The notes beneath the pieces were generated by a model. That model searched no databases, had not been told where the DNA came from, and was given only the letters and a program-made list of their open reading frames with translations. Positions 44,822-58,817 of a stretch of 64,000 nt of DNA are shown here, in pieces. Source of the stretch: Microbotryum violaceum (Eukaryota); NCBI GenBank assembly GCA_001244265.2, contig CDLV01000018.1, positions 1 to 64,000 of the forward strand. The letters run 5' to 3'. Every line of letters starts with the position of its first letter. Position 1 is the stretch's first letter. Made by a program: the position numbers and the translations under genes.

Positions 44822-47729
44822 ACCAATCAAACGCATTCACGGAGTTCTGCAAGTCCAAGGGCATTCGTCGTCAATACTCTGTCCCTTACACACCTCAGCA
44901 AAACGGTTGTGCCAAACGTGTCAACCTCTCCATCGTCGAGGGCGTCCTCCCTCTTCTTGCTGACTCCCGTCTGCCGGCCACCTTTTGGGATGAAGCGGCT
45001 GCGTACTTCATTTATTGCAAAAACAGGTGCTCACACTCCGCTTTGGCCAAACAGACTCCAGAATCCGTTTGGAACGGCCAACGCACCACCGCCACCGCCC
45101 TCCAACCGTTCGGCTGCGCGGCCTGGCTCACGGTCACCCCGGACCTTCGCAGCAAGCTCGACCCCAAGGCCCGCGCGTGATCTTCACCGGTTACGACCTC
45201 GCCTCCAAGGCTTTCCGTTTCTTCGACCATTCCATCAACAAGATTGTACTTGACCAAAATGCCACCTTCCTCGACGACGACTTCCCCGGCCTGCCGGTCA
45301 ACACGCCCGTCAATGCGGACGACGCCGAACGTCAGTTCGTCATTCCCGCCGACACGCCCGCCCCCGCCGTCAAGACGAGGACCCCGCTAGTAAGGTCGGC
45401 GCACATGGATGTCTCATCCTCCCTTGATGATTCTGCCATGAGCGCCGTTGACGTGGCCCCAGGGTACACTGGCGGATCCTTACTTAATTCTACAGATACT
45501 AGCCCCTCGCCGTCTCCGTCGCTTGCCCCGTTCTCGTCGCCCGCCACCTCCTCGACCGGGGGACCGTCCCTCGACGACTCGGATGACCCGCTTGACCTCC
45601 TCAGCTCAGACACCGCGGTTTGCCTCAACCTGATGGATGTGCATCGATCCGACGACGACAACCTGGCGACACCCGCACCAGCCGTTGCCCCCGTTGGGCA
45701 GCCCTCCGATGACGACTCCCCCGATGAGATCGATTTCCTCTCTCGTCACCACCGCGCTTTCATCGCCACAGAAGACGACAACCCCACCCTCAACGCCATC
45801 GAGCCCGTCAAATCGATCACTAGCGACCCTCAGACCTGGCGTGAAGCAATGTCCAGCGACGAGCACGACATCTGGGCTCAGGCTGCCGCCGCCGAGTTCA
45901 CCGCCATGCGCGACGACTTCAAGGTGTTCACCATCGAACCTCGCTCATCTGTACCACCGGGCGCCACTATCGTCACCTCCAAATTTGTCTGGAAGACCAA
46001 GCGCGACGCACACGGTGATGTCACAGGGCGGAAGGCACGTCTCGTAGCGCAAGGTAACCGCCAGCGCGACGGCATTGACTTCTCGGAGACTTTCGCACCC
46101 ATCGCCCGTTTCTCCTCCATTCGCTGCCTCCTTGCTCTTGCCGCTACCAATGGTTATCACGTTCATCAGGCCGACATCGACAAGGCTTACCTCCACGGCG
46201 AGCTCGATCATGACATCTGGATGACGACGCCACAAGGTTTCGACTTCCCGAGCGATAAGGTTCTCCGGCTGCGGCGCTCAATCTACGGCCTCAAGCAGGC
46301 CGGTCGCATCTGGAATCGCCACATTGACACATCACTCAGGGGTCTAGGGTACAAGGCAACGGGCACTGATCACTGCATTTACTCTCGCATTGATGATCGG
46401 CAGCGGCCCCACTACATCGCCTTGTATGTCGACGATCTCCTCATTATCGGCCCCGCCCTCAACGAGATTGAACGTGTCATCTCCGGCCTTGAACAGCGAT
46501 ACGGCGTCAAACGACTTGGCCCCGCGGAGTACATTCTCGGCATCCAAATTTGCCGCCTGGACGACGGCTCCATTGCCCTATCCTAGGAGCGGTACATCAT
46601 GGACGTGCTTGCCCGCTTTCACTTCGACACCACAACACGCGGCGCTACGGTGCCAATGACGCCCGGCCTCTCGCTCACGGCCGTTCCGGGTCAGGGAACG
46701 GAGCACATTTGGTCGTGGTACCTACAGGCTATCGGCTCCCTCCTTTACATCTCCCTGGGCACTCGACCCGACATTGCTTTCGCCGTCTCGTACTTGTCCC
46801 GTTTCGCCAACAACCCCGGCCGCCGCCATTGGATTGCCGTCAAACACGTCTTTCGTTACCTTTGCGCCACGTACGGCGACGAGCTTCTCTACGCCCGCGG
46901 TCCAGCCAAAGTCACGGGTGTGGTCGGTTATTCCGACGCGAACTGGGGCGCCTGCGTTGACAAATCCATCTCGACAATGGGTTACGTCTTTTACTTGGCT
47001 GGCTCCGCCGTCTCTTGGTCGTTGAAGCGTCAGACTCGGGTAGCAGATTCCACCACCGATGCCGAGTACCTGGCCTTGTCGCACGCTGGTAAGGAAGCGA
47101 TCTACCTTACCCAACTCCTCTCCGAGCTCCACGTTCGCCCGATCGATGCAGCTCATATCTTCACCGACAACGAGGCCGCGGCCGCCGTCGCTCACGACCC
47201 CGTTCGCACCTCCGGCACCCGGCACATCCGCCTCCGCGAGCATTTTGTCCGCGACATGGTCAATCGAGGCGATATCTCCCTCTCACACCGTGGCACAGCA
47301 AACATGGTTGCGGACCTATTCACCAAAGCGCTAGGTCCCAAGATTTTTGGTACGCATTGCTATGCTCTAGGTCTCCGGACGCGGCACCCACGGCTCAAGT
47401 CTACCTTGCGTTCGCGTGGGGGGGAGGTGTGAGGAATCCACTCTCCGCTCGGCTCAGGACTTAGACGCGCGGAATGAGCCGGGCGCATCGGCTCAGGACT
47501 TAGGCGCGAGGAGCGAGCCTGGCGCCTCGGCTCACGACTTAGGCGCGCGTAGCGAGCCTGGCCCATTGGCTCAGCCCCGAGGTTCGCTAGCTGAGGACTT
47601 GGGGCGCGCGGCTCTTTTACTGTTAGCTTCCTATTCATCACTCTTGGCTATAACTACATCGCTGACGTAGTAGAGTTGATCGAATAGGTATGTTGAAATG
47701 AATTCATCACTCTTGGCTATAACTACATC
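44822..47729 (+). mobile_element. Copia family B, copy B3 (5'-truncated within integrase; nonsense in RT)
   Basis: IN-RT-RH colinear with B2; TAG ending the ORF at 46586; 3' LTR from 47428, cut inside its second terminal unit. Confidence 0.93.
45390..45495 (+). other. Conserved structured intron-like element (copy 5, family B)
   Basis: 106 nt; substitutions only in predicted loops. Confidence 0.7.
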
Positions 47730-48415
47730 CATAGGATGCCGAGGCGTGGTAGTAGTCGGCATACGGTGCAGTGAGACAGCAAAGGTAGGCCAGGCTTACA
47801 CGTTGGTTTCAGATGTCTACAAAAATACAACAAAAAAAGTCGGCGGGACAGCAAGGGAAGAGTGCTCGATCGCCGATTTGGCCTTTGGCCTTTACTAGGC
47901 TGTAACTCCTGCAGGAAACCACCGAGCACCGGCGGCCAGCGGCAATGCATCGACGGTTGCGGGCGAGGCGTTCCCCTCCAGCAACGGAAGAGGCAGCGGC
48001 TTGGGCTTGACACCAAGTACGATGTCCACGACTTTGTGGCCCATGAAGAGTAAGGTCATCTTTCTGTGCCATGACGCATAGTTGGACTCGTCCTTGAGTT
48101 TGACGAAGGAGAGCTTCTCGACCGTCTTGCCGTGAGGCAGTTCGGTAGCTGTGAATAGGCTCATAACCTATGATGGATTTGGGATGCTATGTATCTCGCA
48201 CTGAATGACACTTCAGTCAGAACTGTTGCGAGAGCGAACGGAGAAGAGACTAAGAAGTAAAGTGTCACCCAGGCGCACTAAACATACTAACAAGCTATTT
48301 ACTTGTAAGGCCAGGGCAAGATTTATAAAGCAAGAATATCTTCCGTTCAGCATATCAGAAATATAATCAGGAGTTCAAACCTAATCAGAATAGAAACTCT
48401 TCAGACTCTTAACCA
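47730..48415 (-). mobile_element. Copia family E 5' fragment (LTR, PBS, gag N-terminus)
   Basis: PBS GGTTATGAGCC at 48168-48158, LTR ending ...CATA at 48169, gag start MSLF...KLKDESNYASWHRKM; the outer LTR boundary is uncertain. Confidence 0.75.
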
Positions 48416-48419
48416 CTAA

Positions 48420-49330
48420 CTGTGACACTTCTCTTCGAGCTCCGGCGAACTCTCCTTGAGCGCGAGTGGGACAGCTTCTGCATACATAAGAGTGTCAGCC
48501 TCAATATCAAGCAAGCTTGAACTATCACTAAGATCAGATCGTTGAGATCAACAGTAGAATGACTGACCGGGAACCGGCGGAGGAGCTCCAGTCCCCTCTC
48601 GCAAATCGAGGGGAGGGGGGTCAGAATTTGCTTCCAACTCCGTGTCACACGGCAAGCGAGCATGTTTAACCACGTCTAACATGTATGCGCGTTGGTCAGC
48701 ATAGAAGTTGTCTGTAGTGGCTTGAGTGGGCTCCAGCTCCAGTCCAATTCAGACTGAAACGCAACCGCCGCGACCAACGTTTCCATCGTTTGACAAACAA
48801 AAACGCCACAAGCGTTGCCATCGGGCTGTCGCATAAACTCTGTCCTAGGCATCAAGTCCCCCTTCTTCAGTACTCGCGGTTTCACGATCACTCGCTCCCA
48901 CTCTGCGTACGGAATTGTGGGCCGGTCACTGCCTCCGGTGACACGAGGGATGGGTCCTTCTGCCCGAGCCGTGAGGAAAGGAACGATGTTCTGCGATCAT
49001 CAGCTCGGTGGATTATAGTCAGCCTATCAGGTAAGCGGGATCCACACAAGTCGCTTTTCCCTTTCACCTTCAAACAATTGGCAAAGTTTTGTTCCGGCGA
49101 TGGAATGTTCGAGGACCGGGCACAATGTCAGGTGATCCGCCGGATGCTGATGGAAAGAGATCGATGGAGCACCGTGAGATGTTTCTATTACGGCGAGGCA
49201 ACGTTCATATTTACAGGCTGTCCATTCGTGCTCCTGTTCCGGTTGGTTTTGCCAATGAAGGATAGGAGGAGGATCGGTGAGGAAGGATTTTGTCAGTTTT
49301 GCTTCCTAATCAGCAACTTCAACTAGCCAT
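48420..49330 (-). pseudogene. Ulp1/C48 peptidase-like fragment, probably from a DNA transposon
   Basis: RQPDGNACGVFVC matches the Q-x-D/N-x3-CG catalytic-cysteine motif; no intact ORF; boundaries approximate. Confidence 0.5.
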
Positions 49331-50265
49331 CAATGACTGCTTATGCTTGCAAGCAGTATCGACATACGTCAGTGGCCATGTACAAAGGAAGCCTGAGAAT
49401 TGTTATGGTGTCCATGAGCGTCCATTCATCTGCTTTCCTTCGGTCGCCAAGAATCAGCGGCCATTGCCCGTAGTCGGCTTTCTCTTCCGCTGACCAGAGG
49501 CGGTTCGACGACATGATCGCTTAACGTTTGGCTTGCATTGTGTCATACGCCAGCTGGAAATGGTTGGGTGCACAATTTTCGAGGAGGTTGACGACTTGGC
49601 GCAGTCGATCCATGGCTTCTTCGCCGCCATCGGAGGAGCTGGCTTCGGAGTCGTCGACGGCGGGTCAGAGTCGTCGACGGCGGGGTCAGAGTCGGCGTTC
49701 GAGTCGACATCGTCGGAACAGCCCTCAGGAGTCATTGAGATTTGATTGGAGGGCCTCACTGAGGGAGATTGGTCAATGATATCGGGGTCCCGCTGGCCCA
49801 AGTCTTTTTTTCTGGGTAGACGTAGTCGAGGACATCTGGGAGGTGCCACGTGCAGGTGGGCTGGTCATGTCGTTCGTTGGTCGGGTCCCAATGCGGGGTC
49901 GGCCACCCTTGTTCTGGAGCGTTGCATTCATCTTCTGACTGGACATGACGTATGCGAAACGAGTTTTGGAACCAAGGAGTATCGGTCGATGGCAACGGAT
50001 GGTAGGAACTGGCGTGGTGCGGTGAACATGAGTCGAAAGTAGAAGTAGGCGTTTGGCGCGATGCGACGCGTCAAGCAGGCTACGTGCACCCAGACAAAAT
50101 TGAGCAAGGTCGCTGGCGGCGATACGCGGCTGTGCAGTGCATGCAGGGCCTACTTTGCTTGGGCATTGACACGCATTATCGGATCACTTGACCAGTTGTA
50201 GTACCCAGTAAAAGAAAGAGTGAATATTTCGATGCCTGGGGGTCTTTATCGAGCCCGGGGACTCG

Positions 50266-50876
50266 CAAGGGTTCTCGATCTGATCTGATCCTGATCCTAG
50301 TAGGATCAGATCGATCCTGATCCTAGCTGGGCAGGATCAAGATAAGAAAAAAAGGAAGGTGGGGGGGAGGCGATGGAGCGTCGTTACTTGGTAGATAGCC
50401 CTTGAACTGATACCTGCCGTTCACAAGAGCGTGCTACAGGGTATGTACCACTATCCGACATGAACTTTATTACACAAGTCTAAACCGACTATAAAATTCT
50501 GTTCGCATTTTGTAGATGTCATGCGGAACCCACCTACACCGGCGAGGGCAACGCGCGCAATCGGAGCTCATAAAAAAAGGCGAATCAGTGAGGTGATCAT
50601 GTCGGATGATGATCGTGATAGTGATTCCGACAAAGATGAGGAAGATAGTTATGATGGGCACGATAGTGGTGGCAGTAGTGAGAATGATGCGCTCGACACC
50701 GATAGCGACAACTTGTGAGATGTAGTCCATCTGTTGCCATATAAGGCAGTTAAATGTCTCAGATCAAATTGATCCTTCTGGATAGGATCAAGAAAGGATA
50801 GATCAACGCGGATTGGGGAAAAAAAAAATCGGATCCGATCCGATCCTCCGGTGATCTGATCCTATGAGAACCCTTG
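50266..50876 (+). mobile_element. Non-autonomous TIR DNA transposon (hAT-like ends)
   Basis: TIR CAAGGGTTCTC...GAGAACCCTTG, many subterminal GATC(C/T) repeats at both ends, internal basic/acidic ORF remnant; no TSD recognised. Confidence 0.72.
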
Positions 50877-51039
50877 CCGGCGGGGAGGGGAGTACGGGCA
50901 CGATTTTCAACTACACGAGATCCGGGTGAGAATGCGTCTTACCAAGGGTGGACGTACTTGGTGGTCGTGTAAAAGGGCTCGTCGAGTTTCAGGGTGATAC
51001 ATGGCATACCACACGAGATACAGCGGATTGCCCAGCTAC

Positions 51040-51280
51040 GTGGTAGTTGCACCATCCTTAATTGGTAAACGCACCTTTCTTCCGGAGCAAACGCACCAAC
51101 TTGCGCGAAGAATGCACCATTTGTAAGTGAACGTCCTCGATGGTCGGGGGTAGACGCGCGCGCGTAATTGGTAAATGCACCATTTACTCGCGGCATTATG
51201 TATGGATGCATGGGGTCAAGCTTCGGGGGTAAACGCGCGGGGGTAATTTGTAATTGCACCATTTGCTCGCGGCATTAACC
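51040..51280. repeat. Dispersed GCACC(A)TTT / AATTGGTAAA repeats
   Basis: About six GCACC-centred motifs, including two GTAATT.GTAA.TGCACCATTT.CTCGCGGCATTA units. Confidence 0.6.
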
Positions 51281-51637
51281 CATTTTCCTTGTACTTTGTA
51301 TTGTTGTTTCTTTGAACCCCTGCTCAAATCATGTATAACGTGCCATCCTCCCGCTATTTGAATCCATCCTCCCGTTAATTTAACGAAATCCCACTGGTAG
51401 AAGACAAGTCCTGAGTAGACAACAGGTAAGATGCTGAGTTGTAAAGAACTTTTGCATTCCAGAAGGGTCTGTCTAGTTTCTTAATGTGTTTCTTTTAGCG
51501 GTCTGTGCTTGTCAAAGCAGCCTGTCTAGGAAGATGTTGGTGTATGATCAGACTGAAACGGTCATAAAACGGTCCTAACCGATAATGGCCCCTATCGCAT
51601 TCCAAATTCGATTTGTGACCAGTAAGAAGGAAACCAA

Positions 51638-54600
51638 CTAATGCGCCTTCTGCGATCCATGGGATTGCGCATGCTTCGAAAGGTCGAAAGCTTGCTCCAT
51701 GAATTGCTCAATCTCGTAGAAGTGTTGCTTCTTGGAACCAGTTGCAACCGAAGAAACAGGCTCGCGTCCGGCAACATAGCTGCACCATGAGAGATATGCA
51801 CAGTCAATCATTGGGTGGTCCGACTTTACAAGTGCACCATCCACTTACATTCGCTTCGAAGCATGATGCGCAGTCTCACGCATGGCAGTCTCCAATCGAG
51901 GCTGCATGTACTGCCATGCTCCTCCGTTGATCGGCTACACGCGTAGCGAAGCAGTAACCCACAAGATCTAATCAGCAAGCAGCAGCAAAGGACATTCCTG
52001 ACCATCAGGAAGTACGCACTTCTTCTTGAACCCAGTATTGCACTGCAGAGGGAGGCGGTAAAATCACTGTCAGCGTGGATATCACCAAGGCATAGCAGTG
52101 AACAACTCACCTGCATTGGGATACCTATCCAAATGCGGCGTAATAAGATCGTAGGGAAGCGGAGATAGTTGCTCCACACGCGAAATCGCCACAATCGCTT
52201 GGAGGCCCCGCTTTTCGCGCTCTGCCAAAAGAGCGTAGTAGACTTGACCGGAGCAGAGCTGTGGCAGTCAAAAGTAAATATGCAAGCAATGGGAGAAGAT
52301 GGCATTTTTCTCATTCAGACGCTTACAATGTGGCGCTGTACGTCTTCCGCCGCGCCAAACCCTTCCGGTTCCGGCTCGGGAATGTACCGCTGAAAGTGCG
52401 TGTCGGGTCCCATCTCCTCAAGCGAAGAGCGGGCTTGGGGATGACGTAGCAAGTTCTTTGAGAAAAAAACGATGAGCGGCTTGCGGTAGTCACGATGAAT
52501 CTGGCGGCGCAAAGCGTGGAAAATATTGGACTATGGCCGAAGTAGACAAAACCAGCAGGTTAGCTCAAAATAACGAACGACCTTTAAACGATGTGCAGAA
52601 AGCATATATACAGGGATCGTGGGGTAAACTAGCTGCATGTTACAATCTTGATGTTGGCGAGCTTGCTTCTCCGAAGTGGGGTAATAGAATGGATGGTCGT
52701 CGCACAGTTGTAGGAATCGTTCGATCCTGGCCGAGGAGTGCTCCGGCCCTTGGCCATCGTAGCCATGAGGTAGCGACATTACGAGACCAGACCGCTGCAA
52801 CCACTTCTTTTCACCGGAAGCAATAAACTGTAGTAGTAGCAGGTCGAATAATGATCTGAGCATATGTCTGAAGTGGGGAGAAAATCTGCACTCCACTGAC
52901 CTGATCGATCATAATCTGAGCACCGTTAGCAAAATCTCCGACTGAGAAGGAAGAACATTAGCCTGGGCCAAACTTTACTGTATCGACACGATCACAATCT
53001 CTTCACTCACACTGTGCTTCCCAGATGACGAGCAGGGCAGGATCAACCAGCGAGTAGCCCAACTCAAACCCTAGGACGCCGAACTCGGAGAGAGACGAGT
53101 TGCAGACGGTCACAGTGGCTTGATCCTCAGACAGATGGGCCAGAGGCATATAAAGCGCATCGGTGTTCTGTTCGTGCAACACCGCATGGCGCTGCGAGAA
53201 CGTGCCGCGCTCGACATCCTGACCCGATACGCGAACATGAGTTTTTTCCAGAGCCAAAGTTCCGAATGCGAGTGCCTCCGCAGTGGAGTAATCGACGCCT
53301 TTGCCATCTTCAACCGACGTTCCGCGCGTCTTCAGAATCCTTGCAAGGTTGCGATGCACCTCGAAGTCTTTTGGATAAGTAGAGATGATCTTGCCGACCT
53401 TTCTCAACACATCAAACTCGACGCCCGTCGGGCGCGCCTCCAGCACATTCTCCTTCAGTTCGCGGGGACTCGGAAAACCGTCCCAGGATGACGACAGCCA
53501 TTCTTTGGACGTCGGCTTGTACTCCTTGCTCGCTTCAAATGACTTCTCGAGCATCCCCCAAACCCAGCTTTTGTGCTTCTCCGTCTCTTCGTTTGTAAAC
53601 GTCGACTCTTCCACCAGTGCTTGCGTGTAGACGTCAAGCGTGGTTGGCTTGTCCTTGATTACTTGGTACATCTTCGGCTGCGTGAACATAGGCTGATCGC
53701 CTTCATTGTGTCCATGTCGACGGTAGCAGATGAGGTCAATAACCACGTCCTTCTTGAACATGGCGCGGAAATCCGCGGCCAGCTGGCAAACGAAGGTTAC
53801 GGCCTCGGGGTCGTCACCGTTGACGTGGAAGATGGGCGCATCGATCGATTTGGCAATGTCGGACGGGTACGGTGTCGAGCGCCCCTGAGCAGGGTTGGTA
53901 GTAAAGCCAATTTGATTGTTGACGATCAAATGAATCGTTCCACCAGTGCCGTAATACGGTAAGTCATGGAAGCCCATAGTCTCGTATACGATGCCTTGTC
54001 CGGCGAAAGCAGCGTCGCCGTGCAGTAGCAAACCCATCGCGCTCGAGAGGTCACCTTGGCCTTCAAAGTGTTGAATGCCCTTGGTCTTGCCCAATACGAC
54101 GCCGTCCTCAGCCTCCAAATGGGACGGGTTCGCAACTAAACTAAGGGAGACCTTCTTGCCACTCGGTGTTGGTCGAACGTAGTTTGCGCCGAGGTGATAC
54201 TTGACATCAGCTGCTGCTTCCTGAGTCGGGTCGAGCGAAGGAGCGAACTCGGCCAATATTGCTTCCGTCGGTTTGCGAATAACGTTGGCGAGCACGTTCA
54301 AGCGACCGCGATGAGGCATGCCAATAACGATCGATTGCACACCCAGCTCGACCGAGCGATCGATCAGCGCCTTCATGCCCGGGATCATCGATTCAGCACC
54401 TTCCAGACCGAACCGCTTCTCGTTTGGGTATTTCGACGCGATGAAGCGCTCGAATGAGTCGGACCAGATGAGCCGATCGAGAATCATTCTCTTCTCGTCG
54501 ACGGTGTACTTCCAGGGCTCAGGGATCTCGATTCGTTCGCGGATCCAGTCGCACTCGTCGCGGTTCGGTATGTGAATGTACTGAATGCCAATAGAGCCGG

Positions 54601-55734
54601 CTGTTAAAGCATCGCGGTCGGAATGGGACAGTCAGCTAGGCAGTCATCGGTCACGCACGCTCCGAGATCGAGAATGAGGTCCATTGGCGACTCGACGTAC
54701 AATAAATTTGCTTGCAGGCGTCGATGATCTTACGCAGCGACATTTTCTCCACTCCTTGCTCTTTGAAACGGGGCAGAATGCCGGCACCCAGTTCGAATTC
54801 CATGTCCAAATCTTTTTCGGTCCAGCCGTAGTTCTCGATTGTGAGTTCGGGCGGCATGGTCGAAGAGAGATCGGGCTGATTGATCCCAAGTGGATCAAGG
54901 TTTGCGATGTGATGGCCACGGACTTGAAAAGCTCGAACAAGAAGTTGGACCTGCGAAAAACACGTTCTCGATCCGGGTGAGCATCAACATAATCCAGACT
55001 CTTCGGACTGGGGCTGTGTGCAGTCGAGTTAGGCCAGATACGATGGCTGGGTGCGGGCCATCCTCCCGCCATCCGCATAAGGAGAACCGTCCAGCGTTGA
55101 CATCGCCGATAACGAGAGGAGCCCTCTTCCAGCAAACAGACTCACTTTCATATGATCTTCAACGAGGCCTGAGCCGTTCCCACCGGCCAAACTGAAAGGA
55201 GCGTTGCCGTCGGTTGAGGGTAGCGAGACGAGACCCGGGGGAGATCGGAACGCATCCTCGGAGCGCAATCCAGAGTCCAACCCGGAAAAGTACGTGGCCC
55301 ACGAAGGGTGTACTGACGATGGGTCCTGTGTGAATCAAGTCAGAAGGCACGGCCACGGTTAGTGCCAGAACTAAACAGCCATGCGACAGAATCGTCGTTC
55401 GCGGGGGATAGTGCAACGTAGCCCGCGTGGAGCACATCGGTGGCGGCGCGTCGACGCCAACCAGATCCGCCAAGACACGCTACCTCCGAGGACGCACCTG
55501 CCTCCAGCATCTGAGCATCTCCTCAGCGTAGTAAGCATTATTTCCGTTCGCGAACTGATCAACTGGCGACGGGGCTTTGGCAGTGTCGGATGGAGTCGCG
55601 GTCGCATGCGGGCCGCGGGTCATGGAAAAAGCAGCGGTATGATCACGAACGACACCTCTTGCAATAGAGGTGGCGTAGATGTTGTTCCAGGCCGGGAAAC
55701 GACAAATCAAAAGCCGTCGACCCGTAGACAACAT
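51638..55734 (-). CDS. KGD1: 2-oxoglutarate dehydrogenase E1 component, mitochondrial (multi-exon)
   Basis: [32 protein letters not shown] motif [44 protein letters not shown]-terminal YVAGREP/ATG; GT-AG introns; Arg-rich N-terminus. Confidence 0.96.
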
Positions 55735-56570
55735 AGCTGCGACGAAGGAAATATGTCGGAACGTGTGGCGAGGCGCAGAGCGATGCGGTCGGAGCGAGAG
55801 GACGGCGTCGAAGGTGGAAGGGTGTTCGAGTCGTACACAGCGAAAGAGCGAAAGAGAGCGAACCGGAGCGAACCCGTTATGGCCCGAGCCTGCAAGTAGC
55901 CCGCCCACTGCCCGCCCAAGCAGTGTGCAGCGTCTTGCAGCCGTTCAACGTTCAGATCAATACTGGCCCCGGCGATTGAAAGCTGACAGGAGTTTCTTTT
56001 TCTGTAGAAGCCCAAAAACACTTGAACCCAAAGCCAAACATGAACCTCGGTGCGGTGTAGTACTGCTTTTTTTTTTTTGCTTTTTTCTTTTTCACCCGAA
56101 GATTTTCCCACGCCATCAGAGAGAGGTAGACCATAGATGACGGGGCACGGGCTGTGGGGATCCCGGAACATTCCCGAATACCGAGTACGACTCGACATGA
56201 AGTTAAAGCCATGGTCATGGGTGGTCGGAATGAAGGACGAGGAATCAGACATGGCCTCGCACAAGTCTTCCCAAATTGGCCTCCGGGGGGTCTCTGCCTG
56301 TGGGCGATGGTCGCCTCGCGAGTTTGCCAAGTGATCCAGACTGGAGTTTGCCTGGGCTATGTGAGAGCCCTCCTTCACCTCTTGCTTGTATTCCTTTTCC
56401 GCGTTCGGACTTTCAAGACTATATGTGTTGTCATCATGCAGGGAAGAAGCAGAGCCGAGAGAAGGACAGCGCGGGCTACCGATTACAGCCATAATGGGAA
56501 CACCTCCCCAAAGCCTACGTGCCCCAATAAAAGAGCCTGCCCATAACCAGAACGGAATTTGACCAGGTAA

Positions 56571-58428
56571 CTACAGCAATGAATCCATTCTGTGAGTGGA
56601 AGGGATTGAGTCAGCTATCGCGACAGTTTCCTCGATCAACTCCATCGCCGCGCCACGCACCTCCTGCACACTTCAAGAACGGCAGCTACAACTTCCAAGT
56701 GCAACTCTCGTTGCGTCTGACCTTCCGCTCCACCTTCGCCGCCTGACATCTCCCCCCTTGCCAGCCTGTTGATCTCTGCAAGATTTGCGTTCTCCACGTT
56801 CGCCGACGCGCTGCCCGCCCCGATCCCTCCCCCGCCAGCGGAAGGCGGCCGGAATGCGGCGAAAGGCCACTGAGAGAACTCGGCGAGCAACTCGTCGCAT
56901 TTTGCGAAAGCGGCCTCGCGTGCATCGTAGCTGAGATGGACAAGCGCATTCTCGAGTACGTTGGCAGAAAAGGCGGCGCAGACCATGCTTACGGCTCGAA
57001 TAGTCCGGTATCGGACTCGCTCCCCATAGAGGTCGGAGGTGGGTACTGCCGCGGTGCGAGCCGTGAGTAGGCCAAGAGTACGCCGTAGAACGTCATCTTT
57101 AAACGTCGGGTCCGAAACTGGATGCGTTGCCATGTCGAAAAGTAGGAAATTGCGTTTCTCCGTCCGCAGCACGCCCTTGTCAACGAGACCTTTCGCCAGT
57201 CTCTCTCGAACTTGCTTGAGCTGGTATCCGATCTTCATGACGTTCCATGTCTCGCCTATGAACAAGATCCGTTCGTCTTTTGTTAGCGGCCAAGTGCAAA
57301 GCGCCACCAGCGCCCCGACAACGAGTGTGTGACCAGCAATGGTCGGTGCAGGAATCGACGAGATGTGGCGGCAGAAGGGCAACCGCTCACCTGACATCAA
57401 ATCGATCCAGGTCCCAACGCTCATTCTTTCTGAGATCTTCATCATCTTCAAGGCTTCGTCGAGCAAAACTTCTCCAGTGAGGCGATCGTCGACCACCTCG
57501 ATGTAGCTGAAGCGAACAGGGCCAACATGTCAGCAGTGAAACGCTCACTCCCTTCCGGATGCCCAGATGAGAACGACGAGCCGCCTTAGATATGATGGTC
57601 GCATCATACGTGGAAACCACCGGAACTTACCGATCGGCCAGCGGGAACCTTCTCCGATTGGGGTCTCGGACCATTGCGATTCGGTGGCGGAGAGCAAGCT
57701 CGAGCACGATACAACCCCTGAGCGTGTATGAGATGTTGTCGTTCCAAAACGAGAGATAGCCCTACACACAGGATGGTGGATAGGAGGAGGAGGATCAGCG
57801 CTCGTCCTCCTGACTTGACGAGGATGACCCGATGCCCGACCCAGGCTTTCTCGGCCAACACAACCTCGAGTAGGAGCGTGGTGACGATACCGATGGTCTG
57901 CGCTCAGATACAAGCGGTGCCGTCCCAATGCGTTGGCGATCCAATTGCGCGGTCGGTCCGACGCCCCGTCGTGGGCATTGGCCAAACCATGACCGAAGGC
58001 GCGTCGAAGTGCCCCACGTCGCGAGTGACGCCGTCACGTTGGGGGGGACAAGCCCCATGCCGACATGCAAAACACCGGAACGAATGACCGCATGAACGCA
58101 CCTGCTTGTCCTTGAGCCCGAGCAAGAGCACCTCTTCCATGAGGGTCAGTTTGGGCATGATCTGATCTTCGGAGCTCTCGAGGTCACGCTCGTCGAAGGC
58201 GACACGATGTCCAGCTGGAGTCGTCGGTCGCGACGAGGCCCCACCTGCACCCGTCGCTGCAGCGGACACCCCACCGAAGCGTTGGGAGGGCGAGTTGCCG
58301 TTCAGACTCGCCCCTGGAGGCGAACTAACACCTGGGGCTAGGGGTGCGGTGCCATTGTGGCTTGTTTGGGCGCCGCCATGGGATGGCCCCCCTCGTCGAC
58401 GCGAGAGGCCGGACTGAGTCGTGGCCAT
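56571..58428 (-). CDS. VPS74: Golgi phosphoprotein 3 / Vps74 (multi-exon)
   Basis: GLSRRR N-terminus, [71 protein letters not shown]-terminal RMDSLL*. Confidence 0.95.
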
Positions 58429-58817
58429 TCGTTCGCCTGTCGTCACGCAACGGAGTAATTGCGGCCCGTGACTTCGCGTGTGGGTTTGCCGGGAGTGTAC
58501 AAGAATAGTGAGCCGCCTCGAGGTCCCAGCAGGTATGATCGGTGGCGGATGCTCGTTCGATAGGTTATGAGCTGAGACGTGAACGATCCGTGACCGATGT
58601 GCTTGACTGCAGCAGGAGGCGGCAAGGCAGCGCGCTGCAGCGCGTGGAGGGCCAATCGCAGCCCGAGTGAACTTGGGTCGCTGGCAGGAGTATCGGCCTG
58701 TACTGGCAGCTGCTGGCACTCGCTGGCAGGGCGCGGCGCCGGCTTTTGTGAAAGCGCGCGCAGGCTCGCACGCTCGTGCCGCTCTTGCGCTTACTACTGA
58801 CCCACATAGACAGCAGC

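Noticed and set aside
55750-56560. ORFs of 130-261 aa between KGD1 and VPS74
   Set aside because: They cross a poly-T tract and promoter/UTR sequence and contain no recognisable domain
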